31,362 nucleotides of DNA, taken from the IMG/VR virus record IMGVR_UViG_3300031605_000017, positions 1-31,362 of that record; one strand, written 5' to 3'. The DNA is from a virus. Taxonomy: Duplodnaviria; Caudoviricetes. Numbering within the stretch: position 1 is the first letter of the stretch; each line of letters opens with the position of its first letter. Shown in pieces: positions 7,828 through 15,600 of the stretch. Under the pieces are notes generated by a model, which worked only from the letters and a program-made list of their open reading frames with translations, was not told the DNA's origin and made no database searches. Position numbers and translations under genes: made by a program.

Positions 7828-9420
7828 ATGGCTAAAAAAGATAAAAAAACTGAAGCAGTGGAGCCTGAAGAGAAGACTCTTGAGGATGAACTGTCCGACT
7901 TGGAAGATGTTGCTGCTTCGTTATCTGGTGAAACAGATGAGAAGGCTGCCACCATCACCGGCCACCCCTATGACTTGGTTGTTGTCGATGATGACGATCA
8001 GGAAGATGACGCTGAGGACTTGCTGAAGCCACCGGGTGGCGTTGAGCAGGCCAAGGAGATGGCTCCGAAAAAGCGGGTTGTCGTTGTTGAGATGGATCCG
8101 GAACAGATCACTGACGACATGAAGGCTTATGTCGTTGAGGTTCCCGATGAAGATGATGAACTTCCAAAGGCCCACGTTCCTGATGAGGAAGAAGAGGGTC
8201 CGGAGTTGCAGCGTCGTCCGCCTTCACCCATGCAGGCTGTGCCAACGGAGGGCGTACCTAATACCTCTCCGATGACACCTGTTGGTGCTGGAGCCGTCGG
8301 TCCGCCGTTTGTTCCTGAAGAAGATGAGGACGATGATCTCAAGGGCTATGGCAAGCCGGGCAAGGGCCGACTGGCCCGCTTGATGGCGTTGGCTAATGGC
8401 GAAGATCCGGACGCAGAGGAAGAGGAGGACGATGACGAAAAGAACATGGTTCCCGCCTACCCGACGGCTGTTCTGATTGGCAAAGAAGATGATGCAAACG
8501 CAAACGGTATGGAAAATCGTTTGTCTCGTTTGGGCGTCAAGTCTCTAGGCAATTTCGACTTCTTGTGCGGCATTGAGCGAACCATCCGAAGCGGCGATGT
8601 GTGTAACTTCTGTCGTGGTGGATGCGCCAGCGAGAAGGGCTTGCCCGGATTGCTGGATATAGAGGTCGCTGCCGAAACCGAATTCAAGGGCGAGGTTGTT
8701 GACTCTGGATACGCACCCAAGGACGACATGTTCGTTCTGGATTTGAAGACCGAAGACGGCTTCAAAGAGGCGTACTACTCAGGCAATGGAACCCGATTGG
8801 GCTGGATCGCTTTGGACGAAAGTTTGAGTGTCAAGAGTCTTGAAGATGGCGCTTCGGATCCATTGATCGTTTCCTTTGAGGAAGCCGAAATGACGGCCCT
8901 CAAGTACGTCAAGGGTAAATCATACGGAGTGGACGTGGACTTGTTCCACGGTGAGGACGCTTACGTCGTTGAGATTGATGGCGTGGACGGCAAGTCGTAT
9001 GACGTTTATGTGTCGATTGATGGGAAGGTTCTTGGAACCGACATGATCGAACTTACCGATGACGAGCAGGACGACCTTGTTGAATTGCGTCGGGAAAAGG
9101 ACGCCTTGGAAGCCGAGTTGGCTCTCAAGACCAACTACGAAGGCGAGGCGCTGAAAGATTTGATTGAGGAAGGCGTTGCGCTTGAAGATGGGTCTTTCCC
9201 GATTGTGAACGTTGACGATCTTGAACTTGCAGTCAAGGCTGCTTACAGGCACGTTGAGGCGCAGTCTCACATTGAGCGTCGCGCAGAAGAACTAGAACGA
9301 TCAGACATCATTCCTGCTGAGTGGGCTGAATCGAAGCAAGCAGAAACAGATGAGTTTTTGGCTTCTTTGATGGAACTCCAATTGTTGGAAATTGACTCTG
9401 ACGAGTCAACAACAGAATGA
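7828..9420 (+). CDS. Acidic multidomain head-module protein (disordered N-terminus, Cys cluster, two PepSY-like domains, C-terminal DGSFPI domain)
   Basis: AGGAG RBS. C-x11-CxxC-x3-C cluster. VSFEEAEMTALKYVKG...AYVVEIDGVDGKSYDVYVSIDGKVL fits PepSY. The C-terminus is homologous to that of the 25581 gene. Confidence 0.75.
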   Translation: MAKKDKKTEAVEPEEKTLEDELSDLEDVAASLSGETDEKAATITGHPYDLVVVDDDDQEDDAEDLLKPPGGVEQAKEMAPKKRVVVVEMDPEQITDDMKAYVVEVPDEDDELPKAHVPDEEEEGPELQRRPPSPMQAVPTEGVPNTSPMTPVGAGAVGPPFVPEEDEDDDLKGYGKPGKGRLARLMALANGEDPDAEEEEDDDEKNMVPAYPTAVLIGKEDDANANGMENRLSRLGVKSLGNFDFLCGIERTIRSGDVCNFCRGGCASEKGLPGLLDIEVAAETEFKGEVVDSGYAPKDDMFVLDLKTEDGFKEAYYSGNGTRLGWIALDESLSVKSLEDGASDPLIVSFEEAEMTALKYVKGKSYGVDVDLFHGEDAYVVEIDGVDGKSYDVYVSIDGKVLGTDMIELTDDEQDDLVELRREKDALEAELALKTNYEGEALKDLIEEGVALEDGSFPIVNVDDLELAVKAAYRHVEAQSHIERRAEELERSDIIPAEWAESKQAETDEFLASLMELQLLEIDSDESTTE

Positions 9421-9427
9421 GGTAATC

Positions 9428-9649
9428 ATGGACAAGAAAAGTTATTTCGATCCCAACTTGGGACGGATCGTGCATGTGGGAGAAGAGCCAGAGGCTCCTC
9501 CTGCTCCTACTCCTGAGGCTGATGCCACGGGTGAACGGGCACGGACGGGAAAGGGTCATTTCGTTAAAGATGACGAAAGCACTCCCGATGTGAATGAAGC
9601 ATACGCAGATGGAAAGACCCCCAAGAAAAAGGGTAAAGCCAGAAATTAA
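9428..9649 (+). CDS. Small phage protein with RAR...GHF..DD.STPDVNEA motif (73 aa)
   Basis: ATG 9428 with GAGG RBS. I recall the motif from short proteins of aquatic phages; function unknown. Confidence 0.75.
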   Translation: MDKKSYFDPNLGRIVHVGEEPEAPPAPTPEADATGERARTGKGHFVKDDESTPDVNEAYADGKTPKKKGKARN

Positions 9650-9667
9650 ATCACCCTAGGGAGCGCT

Positions 9668-12600
9668 ATGAGTGATAAGCCTCTTGAGGTCAAAGGGCCA
9701 CAAGACCTAATCGACATAATCCCGCAGGAGAGAATTACCGGTGACATTCTTCGTGGGCACGGCCCACGAAGAGGCAATCTTGAGGCGCTACTGAAATTCT
9801 GGCGACCGATCATGAGATTGCCCGGTGGTTTTCGTCGATGCATCGTCATCCTTGCGAATCATCCAGAGTTGTATCCGCTTCAGCCGTTGTGCGCGTGGCT
9901 TCATCATGAAACGACTGGCAAGTGGCCGAATGAAGGCAACCATCATGGTGGGGGTGGGGCCGGTCGTGCCGCAGGTCGGGTTGCCCGTCGTGCCGTTCCC
10001 GGCAAGCGTCGTCGTCGTCGCGGCAAGAGTGAAGACGGGGTGGAGATAGCAAGTTGGAGGGTGTATCGCCGGTTGGCTCGTATGGATGGGGGCATTACGG
10101 CTCGCCCTATCGACGGAGATCAAAATGCTGTCGCCTACAAGGCGGCACGATTTGTGCAAGGTATGCAATCGGTTCCAATGCCGGGTTCGTTCGATTGGAC
10201 TAAACAACCGATTGAAGTGAAGAGGGGTAGTCACGGTCGCCTTGGGCGGACGCTTTCAAGCATCGCCTCTTATTTCACACCGGGCGATATGAGCAAATAT
10301 CGCAATCCGATTCGCTCCGCCATGTGGGGGGCTTTGTTCCCCGGCGGTGGCGGTGCGGGCGGTGGAGGCATCGGTGGTGCTGCTAGGCCGTCTATCGGCG
10401 GTGGTGCGCTTCGTTGCCCCACGGGGTACATCAACGGTGGTCGATTTACAGATCCCAAGTTGAGCAATTGTGGTGGTTTGATATTTGACGTTCCGGCGAA
10501 GGGGCCGGGATCGGTCACATCAGGTGATGTTTCTAAGATGACTCGTCGTTTTGAAAACGTGAAGCCACAGGATGTTCCAGATGTGGTTCGTGATGTGGTT
10601 GTTAAAAAGCCTAAGGGTGATCCTTTCGCTGTTGTTCGTGAAGCAGCGATTCGTCCTAATCGTGCAGGCAGTCCTGCCCGTCGTGATTCTGTTGTGAACA
10701 GTGTTGTCGATTTTGTTGGCGAAAATGTTGGGACTACTCGTTTGGTTCGGCGTGACGGTGTGGTGTATGAACCCACATTGACCGCAGAAGAACTAGTGAA
10801 GATGAAGGATCACGACGCGATCAAGGGTGCCGTGTATGTGACTTCAAAGATAGGGAAGACCGCAATCGCAGGAGATGAGATACGCCTATTGAGCAAGGGT
10901 GCTCATGCCGTTGAGTACGCCTTCGGTCAGGGTTCTGTCCGGGTGGAACGTAAGAAAGACATTCCGGTTGGGGTTGGAGCAAAGATGCGGACCCGCTGGG
11001 CATCTATTTCTAGGGATCCAGACATCATCATTAATCCGTTTTCTCATGTTGAAAAGTTTGTTCAAGAATTTTCAGAGTTTGTAGAAATCAAACCAAAGTT
11101 TAAAGGTGTCAAAAATCCGAATGAACGCATCGTCGTTACTTCTAGCGATGGTATGAAGCGTGTGGTTTCAAGATGGATTCATCACATGTTTCTGTCACCT
11201 CGCGCTCCTCGTCGCTTGTCGGGCGTTAAGCCTTACAACATTACTAAAGAATCTGGAACTAAAACTTTGCGTGAGCCACGGTTCAATCGTGAGCAGTACG
11301 CAGTGTTTTCTGTGGAGAAAAAGAATCTGTCGTTGAGGCCGGATCTTTCCGATCAGTTTGGAAAGCCGAGTTTGGCGGACCTTCGGATTAGTGACACCAA
11401 CGGTATGAGTAGGGATTCGCTGATTGAACTAAAGGCAGCCCGATTTGTATTAGCCAAACTTGATGAAGACATGGCAGTCAAGGTGTTTGGTCGCCGTCGG
11501 ATGCGCGGCGTGCGATTGTCTCGTTTCGCCCGTCGGATTCCCAAGGTTGCTCCCTACAACCCGAAGGCACGGGATGCTGATGGTGATGGTCTGGTTCAGG
11601 AAGGAACTATTTGGGAGCGACCTTCGGGAACGATTTTTCGTGGTTTGAAGGCTGGTGCTAGGAAACTGGCTGGCTCTGTTCAACTTGTTGATGGAGACGG
11701 CAAGCGTGTTGATTACAAGCCGGGCGAGAACCAGCGTTCTCCGCTTCGGACTTCTCGCTTCGATCCTTTGAAGCGTCGTGTGGCGGGAGCGTCTGAGCGT
11801 TTCGGTGGGCGGCGTGAACAGGGCATCCGTCGCAGGGATCAGGAGTTGGATGCTACAGCCGATTTCACTGAGGTCGAATTGCGGCGTCAGGCACGAAAGG
11901 CACGCAGGCAGCGGGCACTCGCAAAGATAAGAGAGCGGGGGGCAGGCGTTCGTGAGCGTCGAACACAGCGGATGGAGCGTGGCGCTGAGCGGGATGAGGC
12001 TGCCGCAGGGAGACATGCTGAACGGGCTACGGAACTGACTAGTGAGCGACGCGACCGTGATGAGTTTGATAGGTCGCGCCGTGGAATGAGTATCAGGCAT
12101 CGCGATGAGTTGCTGGCGGAGGAGGCGCGTGAAACACCTGAAGGCGAAAGGCCGTCCGCCCGTGAGCGTCGGAAACGTTCTCGAAATCTGATTGGGGATC
12201 AGAGGCGGGAACGAGGAGAACTTAATGAGCAGAATCCGCGTCGTGAGCGTCGGACGCAGCGTCGTGATGAACGTCGTCGGAGAATGCAGGAGCGACTTAC
12301 TGAATTTGGGGAGCAGCGTGAAGAAGGCATCCGGCGGGAAGATCGCCGTCGCGGTGCAAGGGCTGACTTTGGGAAGCGTGGTCCGAGTATTGCGGAGCGG
12401 GCTGCTGCCGCAGCCGAACGCTTCCGTGAACGTAGAGAAGAAGGTATCCGTGCCGAGGATCGTCGTCGTGGCGCTAGGGCAGATTTCGGGAAGTTGGATC
12501 GTGAACGTGAGGGTCGTCGTAGGGATCGCCGCGGCCCAACGAGGAGGAGCGAGAGGACTGAGGGGCAGCAGCGCGGTCGGGTGGCTGAAGCAGCGGACAG

Positions 12601-15600
12601 GGTTAGGGACCGGAACGAGGAAGCGATTCGTCGTCGGGATCGGCGCGAAGGGGCGCAAGCCGATTTCGGGAAGTTGGATCGTGAACGTGCAGAACGCCGT
12701 GAACGCAGACAGCGGCGTCGCGAGGGTCGTGGCCGTGGTTTGGCGGAAGCGACTGAAAGGTTTAGGAACCGGCGCGAGGAGTCAATCCGTCGTCGGGACC
12801 GTGAGGAGGGGGCTGTAGCCGACTTTGGCATTTTGGAACGTGAGCGTGAAGCCCGTCAGGCTGCTCGCGCTAAACGGGAATTGGATCGACAGGCGGTTCG
12901 TAGTCAGCGCCGGGAGCGGATTCGTCGCCGGGTTGAAACGTTCGGAGAGCGTCAAGAGGCAGCGATCAGGCTCAGGGATAGGGATGAGCGGGCTATTGCA
13001 GACTTCTCTGAGATCGAATTGCGGCGCGAGATGCGTCGTCAACGGGTTCGTGATTTCACTCGTCGGGTCAGGGCAATCAGTGCTGATAGGGATCCTGAAA
13101 CCCGTGAGGCAGGTAGGAAAGCGGCAAGGGTTAGGAACGACCGGTCGGCAGCCGTGTCTAAAAGGTTTGATGCACTTGATTCACGCGTTCAGGGGATGCC
13201 GGATTGGCGGGCCGAGGGCGATGCAGAGGCTGCACGGCGTAGGCGAGCGATGAGGGAGGCCGGTGTTGAAGAGCCGACACTAGAGCGCGATCCGGTGACT
13301 GGAGAACGGGAATGGTCGGACCGTCTGGCGAATCTTCAGCGTCAACGGGCATACGACGATCTTCTGAAGCGCTCTACGCGCCGCCCAATCGAAGACCTCA
13401 CAGCAGCCGAGCGCCAAGAGAGAGAAGAGATCGAACGCATCCTAAAGATGCCGACATGGGAAGCCGGAGGCACTGCATCGGGCAGAAGGGACATGCAAGA
13501 GCGTCTTCTGGAGTTGGGCGGAGAAGATCTAACGGGAAGACAGGCGTACTTGGATAGCGTCCTTGGGGGTCAAACGCTCCGGAGTCTGGGGAGCGACAGG
13601 GAGCCTATTAGTCCAACCGCGAGAATTGAGGAGATCGACGCTCTTATTACAGAGTTGAACGATAAGTTCTTCGATAAGTATTGGGACTTGGATGCGAACG
13701 GGTACAACGTTGAGTCTGGCATTTATATGCATAGTCGATTCGGGGATCCGATAGATCAGGGTGGCGGGAATGCAATCGGGCGCAAATATGACGAATTGGT
13801 CGCAGAGCGCGAACAAATTCTGCGTGGCTCCGCTGAACAATTCCCCGGCATTGACCCGGATGATTTACGAAAAATACAACACGGATTGTATTCGTGGCGA
13901 GGCACTAATAGAGACAAGATAAAAAGGCTTGATGAAATCCATCTTGAAATCGAAGCGTTGTATGACGGACAAACAACCGGATGGATGGGCGTATCAGATG
14001 CACATCGTGAACGGTTTGAGGAGATACAAGCGAGGCTTGCCGAACTAGGACGATCCGGTCCCCATCGAACCGATGGTGGTGGGATGGCTGTATTCGAAGA
14101 AAACATCCACGGGATGGCAGTCGTCAATGAGATGCCTTCTGTTGATGAAATGGTACGGGCTGAAAGGCTCTATGACAAGTCGAAGGCACGGCGTGATCGG
14201 TTGCGGAAGATTCGGGAACGTCGCCTAGCGGGCGAAGAAACAGATCCAGCAGAAATATTTATGGAGCCGGTTCAAGGCATGGCCGTTGTCAACACATGGC
14301 AGGAATCGTTGAATGACAGGGTACGGGGGATTTCCGCACAGGCTCGCGTGAAGGCTAGGCGTGAACGTTTGGAGGCCATTCGGGAACGTCGCGTTGCGGA
14401 GGCAAAAGCCAGAGATGCAGATTTCGATCCAGATGATATTGACCCAGATGAGTGGCATGACGAAGGCTCTCCAGAGGGCGGCATATTTGATTTGGATCAG
14501 GCGATCATGGGGATGCCTTCTGTTGAAGAGATGGTTACTGCTGACAGGGTGTTTGAGCGAGGGCTGGCACGCCGTACGCGTCTGAGGGAAATTCGGAAAC
14601 AAAAAGAGGCGAAAGCAAGAGAAGTCAGGGATGCTGGCGTTTCGCCTGCGCTTGTCGATCAGCCGATACAGAACTTGGTGCCGACGCCAAACGATTCGGA
14701 TCTTCCCGGTGAAGATGTCCTGATTCGTTACGGACAGGGTGATGAAGTCAAGGTTGGGTCGCGCATTGGAACGGTAATTCGCAGTGATCCGGGCGACGGC
14801 GGTCGTGGAGCCTTCTATGTGGTCCAATTCGATGATGGAAAGAGTGAATCGTTTCCCATGTATCGGGTGACGGGGGATTCGGACTTGAGGCGTAGGCGTC
14901 GTGCTGAGGGAGTTGAACGACACTTTTACCCAGATGGGGCGATACCGGTTGAGGATTTCACTTCACAGGGACTAGTTGACGAAATGGCGATGATCAAGGA
15001 AAGGTGGGATGGCGCAGATGTCATCCCAGTCGAAGACATGATTCGTTTCGACAATCTGAAAATTGCGTGGCATGAGAAGAACCCTACGGGGAATCTGGGA
15101 GCCGTTCGCAATAGTCGGGGTTATCCCGTTGATATTAAGCATGTTGAATATGGTGATGGAACGAGGGCTAGTTCTGGACCCGGTACCGGGAGTAGCAACA
15201 CGGGAATGGTTCGGGGGATGCCTTCGGTGGAACGGGTATTGGGTTTGCCTCCAGACACGTTTGATCCGGACCGTGATATCGACCCTGATGTGTACCACGA
15301 CGATCCGGACCGTCCGGGCGCTGCCGGTGATCGGATTATTAGGAGTTTGTCTGCTGCGGTGGCTGAGTGGTTGGGCGAAGATTATTTTGATGCTTTTGAA
15401 GATCATGAACTTGACAAAGCAATGAGTGACGCTTTGTTGCTGATTAGGGCAAAGAATGGTGGAGATCTTCGGTTTGCTGATTTCATTGAACCTAGCGAAT
15501 TTTGGCCTGAAGGTTTCTTGCACGCAGAACTAACGCTAGAGGAGTTGTTTACTAAGGAGGGAGTTGAGAAGGGATTGCTGGCTGGGGTGTATGACGGCGA

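Noticed and set aside
12482-12689. 28-bp direct repeat as a DGR template/variable pair or att sites
   Set aside because: The copies are identical, in-frame parts of a protein repeat; no reverse transcriptase or integrase is present.
11450-12831. Long antisense and alternate-frame ORFs (402, 210, 208 aa, and similar ones elsewhere)
   Set aside because: Shadows of biased, repetitive coding sequence within well-supported genes; no RBS or domain signatures.
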